A DNA stretch of 61,553 nucleotides, counting the filler, from Squatina squatina (taxonomy: Eukaryota), in assembly GCA_031763465.1 (NCBI GenBank). It is 4 parts of 4 records of this genome, joined end to end, with 100 filler letters (N's around TTAATTAATTAA, not from the genome) between each part and the next. Parts side by side here need not be neighbours in the genome. Positions count along the whole stretch, not along the records: positions 36,713 to 49,297 come from JARFOE010000007.1; positions 49,398 to 61,553 come from JARFOE010000192.1; 2 more parts are not named here. One strand, written 5' to 3'. Shown here piece by piece: positions 36,713-50,275 of this stretch. Both the position numbers and the translations under genes were made by a program. The stretch's first letter is position 1. Each line of letters begins with the position of its first letter. A model generated the notes under the pieces. The model was not told where the DNA came from. It searched no databases and worked only from the letters and a program-made list of their open reading frames with translations.

Positions 36713-39700
36713 GGACATATACCATGAGAAAACTTCTGCTGCTAAAGTCTCTCCATACTTCTCTCAAGCATGATCAGAGATTTGCGTTAAGCAATGGGAT
36801 AGACAGGAAATGTGCACTTACAGTTTTTGTAATATACAGTATTTGACATCCTGTGATGCACATGGGGAATCAAGAACAAGTGTCGTTTTCAGGTGAAGCA
36901 GAATTGGAGGCTGATGGACAATTGAACCATGGCATGAAGACATAACTCAGTCCCCATTGTAAAGTCATAAGTTCTGTCCTTATCTTTATATTTCCATTAT
37001 AAATAGCCACACTTATAATGGTAACTGCCTATGTAAACTTGTCGTGCTGTAATTACATACTCCACCGATGGTGCCACTGCAATGCCCCCTGCCCCCGGAG
37101 AGGAGGGCGTAATTACAGGACGACCAGTATTGTCATCCGTATTCTCTATTAGAACTTTGGGTCTATAAGTTGTCATGGAAAAAATTGACTGGAAGTGTGT
37201 GCAAATGTAAGAATTTAATCAGTTAATAGGTCATATAGTTAAATGGATAGGTGATATCGGATATTAAAAGGATCTGAGACTCAGATTAAGTAGCAATTGG
37301 AAGCATGTACTGTTTTACATATCAATTACCAAATTCAGTTGAACTTCTTAAATGAGCATACATATATTTACCATTACACTTACCTTTCTTGTATATTTTG
37401 GTAAAATGACATGATTGTCACAGAAATATGTTGTGTTTACTTTCCAATTTTATTGGGACACAGTGCTTAGTAGGTAATATTGAAATATATATGATAATTA
37501 CATGTAGGAGGTTAACTATATGCCTGCAAAGAAATCCTTCAGAATTCACTTATTTAGAATTCACTTGTTAACTGGACTCATCTGAAAGCATTCCTTTGAT
37601 AAGTTTGACATCATGAAACATAACGTACAGTTGTAAAGAAATGTCATAATCCTATTTTATTCCTATCAAAACTTAAATCAAAGAAAACAATTGGTGCAGT
37701 AAATAGCACACTTAAAATGGGATGAAAATATTTTTTGGCATAACTCTCAATGACACCAAGGTAGGAATATGGCTGTGACTCATTTTTTCAGTTTTTTTAG
37801 CAACACATGACTGGTAGCTGTTTGATTTCAGCCAACAATCAGCTATGTAATGATACTGGTGCTAATCTTCATGTTGGAAACATGCATACAAGATATTTGC
37901 CCCTTCTCTTGCGTATGCTATGTATGCAATAAAAATGTACGGCCAGAAATGACTAGATAAAGACTTAAGATATTCAGATGATGTTCCTCTGGCATTTTGA
38001 TGGAGACATTAACCTGTTTATTTCAGATAGATTAAGTACAACAGAGGAATGTCAAACATCTAAGTGTTCGTCTGCTAATATTATCTGCAGAAAGTCCTTG
38101 CTTGTACTGTTGCTGTGTTTGATTTAAGTTAAGTATTTCCTTTATAAAGTGGATTGTTTGGCTTTTAAAAGCAATGGGTTATGGCTTAATTGATGTTGGA
38201 GGGTTGATGGTGGGGGAAATGTGCCCTGCTCGTGACTGAGTCGACTTCTAACTGTTCAGCATAATTTGAGGTGGTTTCAATTAGAAAATCACCAACTCTT
38301 CAATATTAATGAAAGAAGAAATAGCTGACCCAGCCCATTAGATTTGGTCAAGTGAATTAGATTGCATATAGACATGTGGGGCTACATTATCAGAGGAATC
38401 CCGAACTGAATTTTCAGTGTTTAGTGGATCTCAATTATGTTCATCTGCAGGAACCTATCCACTTCTCTTAAAATTCATCAGGGCTACAGTTTTCAAGCAT
38501 TTAGACTTTGATCAGTTGCTGTGAATGTGATTTAAATTTGTAACCCAAGTATAAATAGAGTCGACCAGTATGCGTATAGATTGAATGCTGGGATAAGATT
38601 TTAAATTCATTGTAACTGTTAAAGAAATAGGTGATATCCCTTAGGCATGAAAAAGGTGCCAACAGTTAGTTGGGGCTCTGGATCTTGTGTAATGAAGTGT
38701 AAAACCTGCTGATGTTCTTTAGTGGTGAATTTCACTTTATCTCTGGATGGTTAATAGTTTGACAGGGGAAAAGAAACTGGACTTAAGAGTATTGAAGTTN
38801 NNNNNNNNNNNNNNNNNNNNNNNNNNNNNNNNNNNNNNNNNNNNNNNNNNNNNNNNNNNNNNNNNNNNNNNNNNNNNNNNNNNNNNNNNNNNNNNNNNNG
38901 CGTATTGAAGTTGTTGTTGTTGAATCTGACAACTTGTTCAGTTGTGTGCAGTATTTTGGCCATGCCTGTAGCTTTGAAAAGCCGGGCAGTTCGTCATTAT
39001 TTACCGCTTGAGTGTTTGTGCGCATTGAATGTGTGACTGCAATGTCTATGGAACGGAGACGAATAAAATACAGTGCCCGTGAATTGCAGCACAGATTTTC
39101 TGTTCATAACAGGGAGCTCAATATATTAGTGTTTAGCAAGTGAGGTTGCCAACCATGAAACACTGCTCTCCGTACAATGCTTAGCTTGTGCTTACCAAGT
39201 TACGACTGCTTTCTGCATCATTTCCTGATACTTACAAATGCCACAGGCTGATTAGGTAAATTCCTCACAGAAGAAAGTAAATCTCTCTGTAGGCTGGATT
39301 TCTAGGAATTATTTTCTAATTTCAGTATCACGACTTTACGCAACACAGTCACAAGATTACTTGAAAATTCTTGCTTCAGCAAATGCAAAAACAACAAAGC
39401 ATTCTGGATTCAGTGGCCTGGGGGCTTACTCTGCCTAATCATTTGCTCCAGGCACTCAAGCAACCAGATGCTACTGGGATATACCTGTACCCCTGATCTG
39501 AAGGAGGCATCCAGAGATGGTTCTGGCTGGTAGCTCCCTCACTGTTACCTCTTTATGGATGCTTTTATCTTTTAGTTTGGGTCTTGAGAGAGCGGCATGA
39601 AAATTNNNNNNNNNNNNNNNNNNNNNNNNNNNNNNNNNNNNNNNNNNNNNNNNNNNNNNNNNNNNNNNNNNNNNNNNNNNNNNNNNNNNNNNNNNNNNNN

Positions 39701-42148
39701 NNNNNAGGGTAACGTATCAGCTGGTAATAATGTGGAGATGAAGACTGTATATGGGTGATTAAATTAAAAGTGGGTGACGTGGTATACAAAGATATATGCA
39801 AGGAACGCTGCACTCGCACAGAGACAGGATAAGAATGACATACCAGAGAAGGTTGTACAAGTTTAAACAGCATCCTACTGCGCGTTACATTAGCTTTAAA
39901 TTATTTATCAACATTCTGACAAATTTAAATAACATCCAACTTTCTTATAAACTCGCCTGTGGTGTTTTGGTTGAGCTACTTAATGCACCAAAGCACAGTG
40001 AATAGACACTGTAGGAAATGGATGTTGCATGGACTCGAGAGAGCCTGTCAACTAAAGTGTTACTCAATAAGGTTGCCCTAAAGCAAACTCTTAGAACTCC
40101 TTGTCATCCCTTGTCAGGACACAGATGTGTTCTATCATGATGTGTGTTCTTTCATGATATCCAGAAGGACAGTTTTCCTATGTTCCTATGGGCAAATGGA
40201 GTTGAGGTACAGGTCAGCCACAGTCTAATTGAATGGTGGAAGACGCTCGAGNNNNNNNNNNNNNNNNNNNNNNNNNNNNNNNNNNNNNNNNNNNNNNNNN
40301 NNNNNNNNNNNNNNNNNNNNNNNNNNNNNNNNNNNNNNNNNNNNNNNNNNNGCAAATTTTATGAAACAACGTGAGAATATCACTCTAACTGTAACTTATT
40401 GGGAAGCACATTACCTTGGATGTTAGTGCTTCAATATCTGCCTTCAGCATCTGCTGAACGGACTGCTGCTGACCCTGCCAACTTTAGGTTGGAAGGTCAG
40501 GAGTTCTCATTTATTATTCAAAATTGCTCTCTGACCTTTCTCCAGCTGGGTCAGAAGATTCAGCATTCTTCTTGGTTGAATTTTTGAACTGCATCCAATA
40601 GCCTTTGTCTCTTACTGCCCTTCACTGAAAATGTTTGTTTTGAGAGCTTGGTCAATCTATTTTGACATGCGCTCTTTTATGGAGCAGTGGCAAACGAGGC
40701 TCTTTGACAACATTTACACGTTTTCATAGCTCGGATGTGTTTCACTTTAATGTTGGGCTTATGGAAACTTCCCATTGATAGAATATAAAACAGATTTTTT
40801 TTTGTGATGTAGTGAGAAGTAGCAGACTTTGGTTAAAAGTAATATTTAAAAAAAAATCTTATCTCTACGTTGCATCATTTTTTCCAGCAATGGCTAGCTC
40901 AATCGTATTCCCTACTGACCGGATTAATGGAGCAAATGGAAAAAGATGGACATAACCGGCCCATTTTTCTCCGAACATGATGGAGAGCTGTCCAATATAG
41001 ATTACTTATCAGTTAGGGACAGAGGGCTTGATTTAAACTTGAAGGCAATATTTGGCCATGGATACATAATTGTCAAAAGTACATTCTTTTTTCTGTAACA
41101 CGATAAAAAAGAGTTGTGTTTACAATTATGAGTTGCAGAGTGATTTAATAGTTCGTATAATTAGGTGAACTTTTAGCTTTTTCTCCCCCCCTTCACTGCC
41201 TCCACTTTGTTATAAATACGTTTTAAAAAGTTAATTCTCAATGAATAACAATCGATTAATTTAATTTGAAACTTCATTTTATTGAACAAACTTAAATTAT
41301 ATTAAGATTAGTCTGGGTGCAATTATAATTTAATTATTTTATTATCAAGGTACTTATTAAATAAATCACACTGAAATTATCCATGCAGCAAGTTAAGTAT
41401 ATGTTCTTAACAGTATTCCTTGGTAACATAAATGTTATTAAACTAGCACAGCCAAAATGGAGCACAAATCATCCTTAACTGTGACGTTTAAAATCCCAGA
41501 TTCTCTTGCAATTATGGCCATTATAAGGGATAACCTGATTGAGCTAGATTTTAAATATTGCAACTTTTAAATAATCTGCAAGCAGAATTTGGAGGGGAAC
41601 GCAGTGTCGTAGGTAACTATCAAAAGGTTCCGAAAGGCTTTGATTATCCTCGCAGTTGGTTAGTATTGATGCACTGTGAGCCAGGCTTGGAGAAGAAACA
41701 AAAGGCCAAAGGTCAGTTCAGGTCTCAACCGTCAAGCAATCTGTAAGAGATGTGACCATGTGTTTCATGACACTCCAGATGATGAATAGCCAAGGCATTA
41801 TAATTTAATAAAGGTCCTTTAATAATGCTTTGGATAGGATAGTGATGGAAAGCACGTAAAGGAACATATTTTGCAGCATGATGGGATTCCAGGAACCTCA
41901 ATATTGTTTAATCCAAAAAACACTTTTAGAAGGGATAGAGAGAGAGATACTTTGGGACGTGCAGATGTTGGCTACTTACGGCTTTTGCTTTTAAAAAAAA
42001 AAGTCGGCTTCTGGTTAGTAGCAATAAATCCCCTCAGTCCTGTTCACAACGCAGGAGCTTTTCGTCATTGCTGGAAAAAACGAGCAGCAATATTCCTTTG
42101 TTCAACGTTATCACCTTAAAGGAGCATTTTGCTTTTCCACACCCTCAG

Positions 42149-42230
42149 CAAACTAAGACGAGATGTAAATGCAATCCTATATAAAGCTAAGCAGAAGTTG
42201 GAAACATCCATCAAGATGTCGGAAAACAAA
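42149..42230 (+). CDS. Candidate isolated internal exon of an unidentified gene
   Basis: Acceptor ttttgcttttccacaccctcag|, donor aaa|gtgagt, 82 nt with open frame KLRRDVNAILYKAKQKLETSIKMSENK. Protein not recognised. Confidence 0.4.
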
Positions 42231-42599
42231 GTGAGTTCTCAGTCTAATTGGGCTCCAGCTTCAAGCACAAATGGCTTTGCACCTGCAACATAAACAGATT
42301 GTCCTTAACTTCAGATTGACTCAACAATATAAAAGGGTGTTAACTGCAGAAGGGAGGTATAATCAACTGAATATTTGATAATCATTTAAGAAAGAGGAAA
42401 TGCCAGAAAACTTCAAGAAGCATTTTTAAAGGACCTTTAAAGTCCGCTTACATTTACGAGTTTAAAACCCTGGGGTTTTTATGGGGTGAGTTTCAATTTT
42501 GAGAGAGAAAAGAAACAGGAGAAAAATCAGGGGAGGAAATTAAAGCCCAAAAAGACCCCATGTTAATTTAGGGAAAATCAATTTTTATTTTCAATGTTA

Positions 42600-42927
42600 A
42601 TTTTCCATTCTGGGTCTTCTTCAAAAGCAATCCTTTCCCCTGGATCTTTCCACCGCGCCTTTTCATCTGAGAATTTTTCCCCTGGGTCATTTCCAAAGGG
42701 AATCTATTCCACTGGGTTGTTTCCCCTGTGAGATTCTCCCCCTGGGTCTTTGTCACAGGTATGTTTTTCCTCTGGGTCTATGCCACTGGATCTGTTCACC
42801 TGAATCTTCCCATGGGTTTCATGGACAAAAAATATTTTCTCCTTGGAGTATTTTCCCCAGGGAGTCATTTCCCCTGGGTCATTCCCTTGTGGATTTTCCC
42901 CTCATATTTTTCCCTTGGGTCTTTTCC
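42600..42927. repeat. Degenerate pyrimidine-rich tandem repeat (core ttttcccctgggtc)
   Basis: Recurring tttcccctgggtc/ttcccctggatc motifs at irregular ~20-40 bp spacing, ending in a gap. Confidence 0.6.
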
Positions 42928-45900
42928 NNNNNNNNNNNNNNNNNNNNNNNNNNNNNNNNNNNNNNNNNNNNNNNNNNNNNNNNNNNNNNNNNNNNNNNNN
43001 NNNNNNNNNNNNNNNNNNNNNNNNNNNCTCTGAAGAGATCAAATACATTGTTTTCCTTGTGCAGATTCATTTTAATTCACTGTAGTGTAATTTGTCACCA
43101 TTAATGTCAACTCTGTGAAACAAACTCTGTTTCCATGTCAGTGTAATGGTAACTGATCATTTAAAAGTGAGGTTTTAAGCTTTCAGTTGCAAATCTATGC
43201 CTGTACATATGATAGGATTGAGAGAGACTGCAGGAACCAGTTGAAGAGCTATGGTCAAGGGAGTCCTTTTATAAAATGCACAGCATATTACCTCAGTCTC
43301 TGAATATGTCAGTACATAAATATAGCATTACGACACCATATTGTCTGTAGTTTTTTTTGTTATGTTGAATCTAAAATCAGATTCTGTTCGGCAGTTTCCA
43401 CCTTGGTCACCTTTATTAAATAATTGTCTTTAATTATGTTCCAGTACTATTTTGTTTTGCTCATTTTTGCCTTGCTCATTTTTGCCATAAACGGAGATAG
43501 CTCCTTACTAACTAGAATATTTCCTAAATGTTCGATAATCATGTTTATATTGTAGTTTGCTATGTTACGTAGATTTAATAATGGGTGTGAAGCCCTGGGA
43601 TTGAAATCTGTTTTCAGAGTTTTTCTGAATGAGATGATTTCTAATATTTCCAGTCAGTACACCCTTGGGAAACAACTGGAAACCATCGCAACAGGCGCTG
43701 CACAAATAGTAGCTCAAACTCTATCTGTCGCAGCTTGCACTCCAGCTCCGCCCATCAATCTTGACTTCATCCACCTGGCTTTCTGTCTGTTAGCCTGGGT
43801 CAACTGCAAATTACCTGAGGTCAGACACAGCCGGTCAGACACAGCCAGCCAATCTTTCAGAGGGTGATTTATGACACGCTGTGTGTTCATTACATTGAGG
43901 GATCCACAGCTCAACAGTGACAAATGATTATTCCTTTCATTTTTCAACCAGTGGGTCATTATTCCACTGTCAGATCTGAAATTACCTGTATGCCATAGCA
44001 ATTTAGTATAAGATTGGGTCTGTGCCTTAGTTGTTGTTCCTATTTATTGGATGNNNNNNNNNNNNNNNNNNNNNNNNNNNNNNNNNNNNNNNNNNNNNNN
44101 NNNNNNNNNNNNNNNNNNNNNNNNNNNNNNNNNNNNNNNNNNNNNNNNNNNNNATGGCAGCAGGATTATCTTTCAGCGCACTCCACTCAACCTAGATTCC
44201 TTGGGAGTTTGACGGCTGCGTGGCTGCTGACTTTCAGCGCATTTCTCTCTTCCTGTTTCAATAACTGTAAACCGCAGTGTGAGTTTTGAATGAAGATTGC
44301 AGCGAGAGGAGAGTGTGTGTGTGTATTCCTTTTTTAAAAAAAAATGTAATCTTTCATTTTATGAGCTATTGGTGCAACAGCACAGTAATTTCAGAGGAAC
44401 AAAATGAAAGATCTGTTTAATGTCATGTACTTGGATCCATCAGGCTCTGAACTGACGTGAAATGAGCAAAAGAAAAATTAATGCTTTTTTTTGTGAGTAG
44501 CCTTTCCTATATCTAAAAAATGTCTTGCCTTGTAAGACTGGAACCCTCTTGAGATTTCACTACTGGTCTCATTGGCTTCCACAGAGAATATGTGGCTTTG
44601 TTGCCATGGATACATCGTATTTCTCCAAGAATTGCTGGTATTGATCCGTCGACAGGCGTGAAGGACCAGGCATGTGTGAAGCATGGAGTGGAGGGGGGGC
44701 TGGGGCAGGATCGTAAATGACCAGAGGTTACTGGTCGGATATTAGCTAATGGCAAAACACTTGCGCAGAAAGAAAGGGACCATTTTCTTTTGCTTTCTGA
44801 GCTTTTGTGCTCGCTGCATTGTGTGGGTTTTTTTTTTCGACGAACAAACTAAAAGAAACTTGTTANNNNNNNNNNNNNNNNNNNNNNNNNNNNNNNNNNN
44901 NNNNNNNNNNNNNNNNNNNNNNNNNNNNNNNNNNNNNNNNNNNNNNNNNNNNNNNNNNNNNNNNNAGTTTAGAGACAAAAGGTATTGGTTGGATAAACTG
45001 AAGCAAACCATTTCCTGCAATCATCTGGAATGTCATCTGAGCTGGATCACGGTAAAGTTGATCAATATTAGAGTATTTAAATATGTTGCAGGCTGAATCT
45101 GATATTCTGGATGTTTAACTGCATAAACAGATCAATCCAGCCCATTGATCTTCATTGATATTTGGTGGCTTTCAAATACAATTAAACCCATTATTCTTGC
45201 CATAGAAAGCATTTGAAATAAGGAATTGACTGCTGTTTATAAGTTAAACAGCTGCTAAAAAGATTTAATAGATTAAGAGGCTGTTTAGCCCTTGCATTGT
45301 CTGGGGAAAATAAAAATCCATCTATTGGGCACAGATGCCAGGTTGAAAGTCAAATGGTTTTCAGTGATGTAATCACTTGGCACTTTTCCTGCTGTAAGAT
45401 CTCAAAAACGCCAAAGCTGTTTAATTTGAGACATGTAACTGATACAGCGATAGAACCTTCAACTGTAAAAATTAGAGTTATAGATCACCACTACAGTGTA
45501 CAAGAGAGGATAGTGTGGTAGCAAAACTTGGCAGCAGTTCCTCTGGACAAGAGGTAAATATGTCATCAAACTTGGTGCTGCATCAGGGATATTTCTCTGT
45601 TGATTTCCTTCCTGGCATAGCAAGGGAGATCGCTTGGTTCTGGAAAGTTCTCTGACACAGCGACTTGATTGCCTATGTCAATTCAGTCAAAGAGAATTTG
45701 TGTCCTGGATCACATGACTGCTGTATTTTCCTGTAACTGTATCCTGAAACCAAAAGCAAACATAATTTTAACAATATTCGAACTTGTTTGGCAACTTTTG
45801 TCTGAAAAGAATAGGGAACATAGAGTGTAATGAGAGGGAGGAACTGAATGAAATCAATATTTNNNNNNNNNNNNNNNNNNNNNNNNNNNNNNNNNNNNNN

Positions 45901-45962
45901 NNNNNNNNNNNNNNNNNNNNNNNNNNNNNNNNNNNNNNNNNNNNNNNNNNNNNNNNNNNNNN

Positions 45963-46400
45963 AGACCTGACTAACCTAGTTGAATTTTTTGATGAGGTCA
46001 CTAACACGGTGAATGGCCATGGATGTTGTCCATATAGAATTCCAGAAGGCATTTGATAAGGTTCAGCACAAGAGATTATTAGTAAAAATAAAGGCGCGAA
46101 GTATTGGAGATAACCTTGTGACATGGGTTGGTAATTGATTGAGAGGTAGGAGACGGAGAGTAGGGAAAATGCAAATGTACTCTGATTAGAGGCACTTTTT
46201 CATACAAAGGGTAGTGGAAATCTGAATCCTCTCCCCAAGATGCTGAAATTTTCAAGATTGAGATCGGCAGATTTTAATGAGGTAAAGATGTCAAGGGATA
46301 AGGATCAAGGGAGGATAAAGGGATTTGAGGTGCTGATCAGCCAATATGTAATCAAATGACAGAATGGGCTGGAGGGGCTGAATGGCTCAGTCCTGTTCCC
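45963..46400 (+). mobile_element. CR1 LINE fragments (RT core remnant plus 3'UTR)
   Basis: LTNLVEFFDEVT and FQKAFDKV-like remnants; tail ggaggggctgaatggctcagtcctgttccc. Confidence 0.85.
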
Positions 46401-49297
46401 ATGTAAGTTCCGTAGGCAAACACAACTACCAATTTGTGCACAGCAAGGTGACCAGTTAATCACTTTTCGGTTGTGTTGGTTGAAGGATAAATGTTGGCCA
46501 GGACTCTTCTGCTCTTTGAAAAGTGTCGATTGATCTTTTATGCCCAGGTGAGCAGGAGATAGGGCCACAGTTTAACATTTGGTGGATGCCCATGTTTGGT
46601 GTCATTTCTGTATAAAACTGGAACTTTGTTTAATTTTGGTCCTGAATGCTGATGCACAAGATTTTGTATAAAGCGATTCCCTGATGCTTTCATTGGTGTA
46701 AGGTGAGATCCAAAAGGGAAATCTCCATGGTGCTGAAAATGGATGCTCAAACTGAGCACATCTCCCACACAATATTCTTTGGTAATGTATAGGTCAGGGG
46801 GTGAAGGTGGGATTCTTTACACTGAAAGTATCTTAATATCAGTTGCGATAATCATACCAGTACAATTTCTCTTACAACTAAAAAATATCCATACATATTT
46901 ATTAATCATATTGATACATTTACTGTTATATATTAAGTATGCTAACTATATGTGTAAAGCTAGTTCATGAGAAAATAGGCTTTCTCCAATAACTCAAACA
47001 CAGTATAAAGCTTTGCAAAGCACTCATTATGTTAATAGCAATAATGCTTTTATAATATTTTAGGCTGCAAATCATTGTTTAACAGTGGCTGAGACACACA
47101 GGCATCTGATATGACATTCTTCTGCGCATTATTTGAATGGAGGTGATAACCCATTTTGTCATACAAGCCAATTAAGCATTTGACTTCCAATATTGCCATC
47201 AGTAACTTCTAGCTCATACAAAAACCAGTTCTATCTCCAAGGGCTCTCCCACCATAAGGTACTATTGGAAGCACAGTACTTAAATCGGCAAATTAGATTT
47301 AATTTCCAAAGTATAGTTCAGAACAATTATAAATCAAATGTTTCTAGCTGACCAAATGTTGGTCATACCATTCTGAAACTTATAGGAAATATTTCTTACT
47401 TCATTCAGGATAGCACGTCAACATGTCATTCTATTCAGAGCAAGTTTTCTTTTGTCTTTAATACTAATGCTGTAAATGCCTGTTGCACAGATAAAATAAT
47501 GTAAAATTGCTAGGTTTGTGTTTGGTGACACAGAAACAGAAGTGTAAATAGTTGATTTTGTTACAATCAAGTCCATTTCATGATGAATTCCAGTTTATTT
47601 GAATCATTAATAGTNNNNNNNNNNNNNNNNNNNNNNNNNNNNNNNNNNNNNNNNNNNNNNNNNNNNNNNNNNNNNNNNNNNNNNNNNNNNNNNNNNNNNN
47701 NNNNNNNNNNNNNNTAATGCGTGTGGTAATCGGATTGAATGGTCCTTTATTATTGAATGTGCTAATAATTTCTTTATTAACTAGTGTAGTGTTTAAATCA
47801 TTTGAAATATTTCATCGCTATTCAGAAAGCAAAATCCTGCCAGAGATCTATTCCTGTAATACTGAACGTAAGGCGTTAGGATTTTAAACCAGTTGCATTG
47901 CAAGAATTCACACAAATGTGCATGTTACTTACAGGGTGACAAAACACACATCACCTTTGCTGCAAGATGACATTTTCAGGCTATGATCTGATTCAACAAA
48001 CAGTAGAGAACTATTACAAGACAGGACTAGAAGACTGTTTTTGTCCAAATCTGCTTTAATGTTTTGGTTGTTGTTGTCTTACTAATGCATACTCACGCTG
48101 AAAAGATCCAAAGGTGGGGCATAAACAGTGCTAAGTGGCATGCAATGATGGGCAGATAACCATTAACACTCTGGCAGTGAGGTCAGATTTGACGCTTCCT
48201 TTTGTTTGCAAGACTAAATTAAGATGCAGCCACTGTGCTCTCCCTATTACCTCTCCCTAAGCANNNNNNNNNNNNNNNNNNNNNNNNNNNNNNNNNNNNN
48301 NNNNNNNNNNNNNNNNNNNNNNNNNNNNNNNNNNNNNNNNNNNNNNNNNNNNNNNNNNNNNNNNNNNNNNNNNNNNNNNNNNNNNNNNNNNNNNNNNNNN
48401 NNNNNNNNNNNNNNNNNNNNNNNNNNNNNNNNNNNNNNNNNNNCCTGAAGACAGTTCAACACACCTTTTGCATAGCTTTTTTTTGTTATTATTATTGCAG
48501 ACATGTTTCAAAAGAAGGGGGTTATCTTGCTCCCTTTTCAAGAGCTGGTATTACCAGCCATTTTACTTGTGCTTTACTGTTATTATCTCTTTGATAGCTG
48601 TGACATGTTGATCATATATGGCAGTGAGAAAATTGATTTCCCTCAACAGAAACGCATCCAATTTTCCAAGGGCCATAATTTTATGTCCACAACAAAATAA
48701 AAGGGTCATTTTCCAAAGGATGAGGGGGATTGAAATCTTTGATAAAAACTCGGTAAATGTAGCATTTTTGATTGTAGTGACGGCAGCCTTCACAAATGTC
48801 TGGCCCATCTGGATTGTTAAGAAAAGAACAGCTTGTGATATATTGACCAGTGGGAAAAAAGGTTCACTTTGACAGAATAAAAAGTATGCATTAGTGTGCT
48901 GGCAGATAAGGTTAGACTGTAAATTGGAGACCGTACACTTTAAGGGTACGCTATCCCTTTTACAAATCAATTTCAAAATCATCCAAAATAAAACTATATT
49001 TCCTGCTGATTACACTTAACTTCCTCGCATTGTTGATAGATGTAAAATTTAACCCTAAAGGTGACAGACTGCGTTACATATTCGTAATAAAGACAACTAT
49101 CCTTTTCTTAAGGGTCATAAGGAATTACACTGTAGCGATAGGAATTGTAGTAAGGAGTCTTAGTTAGATAAAGCAAGTATTAATGACGCTTGTCCTTTTA
49201 AATATCTTTTATGTATTCTGGAACAGTCAGTCTCCGTTCCTTCCTTCCTGTATAGAATAAACAAAATCTAACAACCCATTGCCTTTGTCCACATCAG

Positions 49298-49397
49298 NNN
49301 NNNNNNNNNNNNNNNNNNNNNNNNNNNNNNNNNNNNNNNNNTTAATTAATTAANNNNNNNNNNNNNNNNNNNNNNNNNNNNNNNNNNNNNNNNNNNN
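49298..49397. other. Artificial scaffold linker (N44-TTAATTAATTAA-N44)
   Basis: 12-mer at 49342-49353. Confidence 0.95.
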
Positions 49398-49684
49398 AAA
49401 TATAGATATTATGTTAGCTATCCGCCAGTCCTCTGGCACTACACCTTTTTCTAGTGAATTATTAGATATGTGTAATAATGTCTCTGTTATCTCTTTCCTA
49501 GTTTCTTTTAAAATGCATGGATGCAATCCATCCGGACCAGGGTTTGTATCTTCCTTGAGTTTGAATAGTTTACTTAATAGGTCCCCTCTTTTTATTTTAA
49601 ATGTACTTACTTCATTACTAATCCAATGTCATGTCCACCTATTCTATCTCCCTGGTAAATACTGAAGCAAAATAATTACTTAAT
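49398..49684 (-). mobile_element. CR1 LINE ORF2 fragment
   Basis: The minus strand encodes NYFASVFTRE, KPGPDGLHPCILKE and GVVPEDWRIANIISIF. Confidence 0.85.
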
Positions 49685-50048
49685 GGGGCTGAAATTTTGA
49701 TTGCCCCCGGATGGGTACAATGTTCCCATGCACATAAGGGAACCTCGCAAGTGCCAAATCTGGGGCTGCACTGCACATGCCCGCAGATCCGGCACTTGCG
49801 ATTTGTCAAGATTTGTCTTGACAGATCCAACGCTTAGTCTGGAAAAGAGATTTCCTTGAGCGAGATTTTCTCCACACTTGCACTGGAAATCTCTTTATCT
49901 TTTTTACGCATGGTAAAACCAAGGGTGTATGTTTGGTTTTACCAGCGTTAAGAGTTTTAAAAAATGTTAAAATCAAAAAAATTAATGGCACATTACTTTA
50001 AAACCATTCCTATTAAGGTAAATATGTTTTTAAACATTTTAATAGATT
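49685..50048. mobile_element. Hairpin-rich non-autonomous DNA-transposon fragment, family B copy 2
   Basis: Starts ggggctgaaatt and is the reverse complement of ~10845-11214, with the same internal stems. Confidence 0.75.
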
Positions 50049-50148
50049 NNNNNNNNNNNNNNNNNNNNNNNNNNNNNNNNNNNNNNNNNNNNNNNNNNNN
50101 NNNNNNNNNNNNNNNNNNNNNNNNNNNNNNNNNNNNNNNNNNNNNNNN

Positions 50149-50275
50149 AGACGGTATTTCTGGCACTACACTGCACGTCAGCCTAGATTTTTTTTTGTGC
50201 TCTGGCGTGGGACTTGAACCCACAACTTAATGATTCTGAGGTGGAGAATGCTACCCACTGAGCCACAGCTGACAC
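50149..50275 (-). mobile_element. tRNA-derived SINE head
   Basis: The minus strand reads gtgtcagctgtggctcagtgggtagc (A box)...ggttcaagtcccac (B box), followed by SINE body rather than a tRNA acceptor stem. Confidence 0.75.

Noticed and set aside
40889-40985. Possible exon after tttttccag (QWLAQSYSLLTGLMEQMEKDG...)
   Set aside because: It reaches a stop with no convincing donor and no recognisable homology.
50195-50275. tRNA gene
   Set aside because: A and B boxes are present but there is no cloverleaf, and it continues into SINE body.
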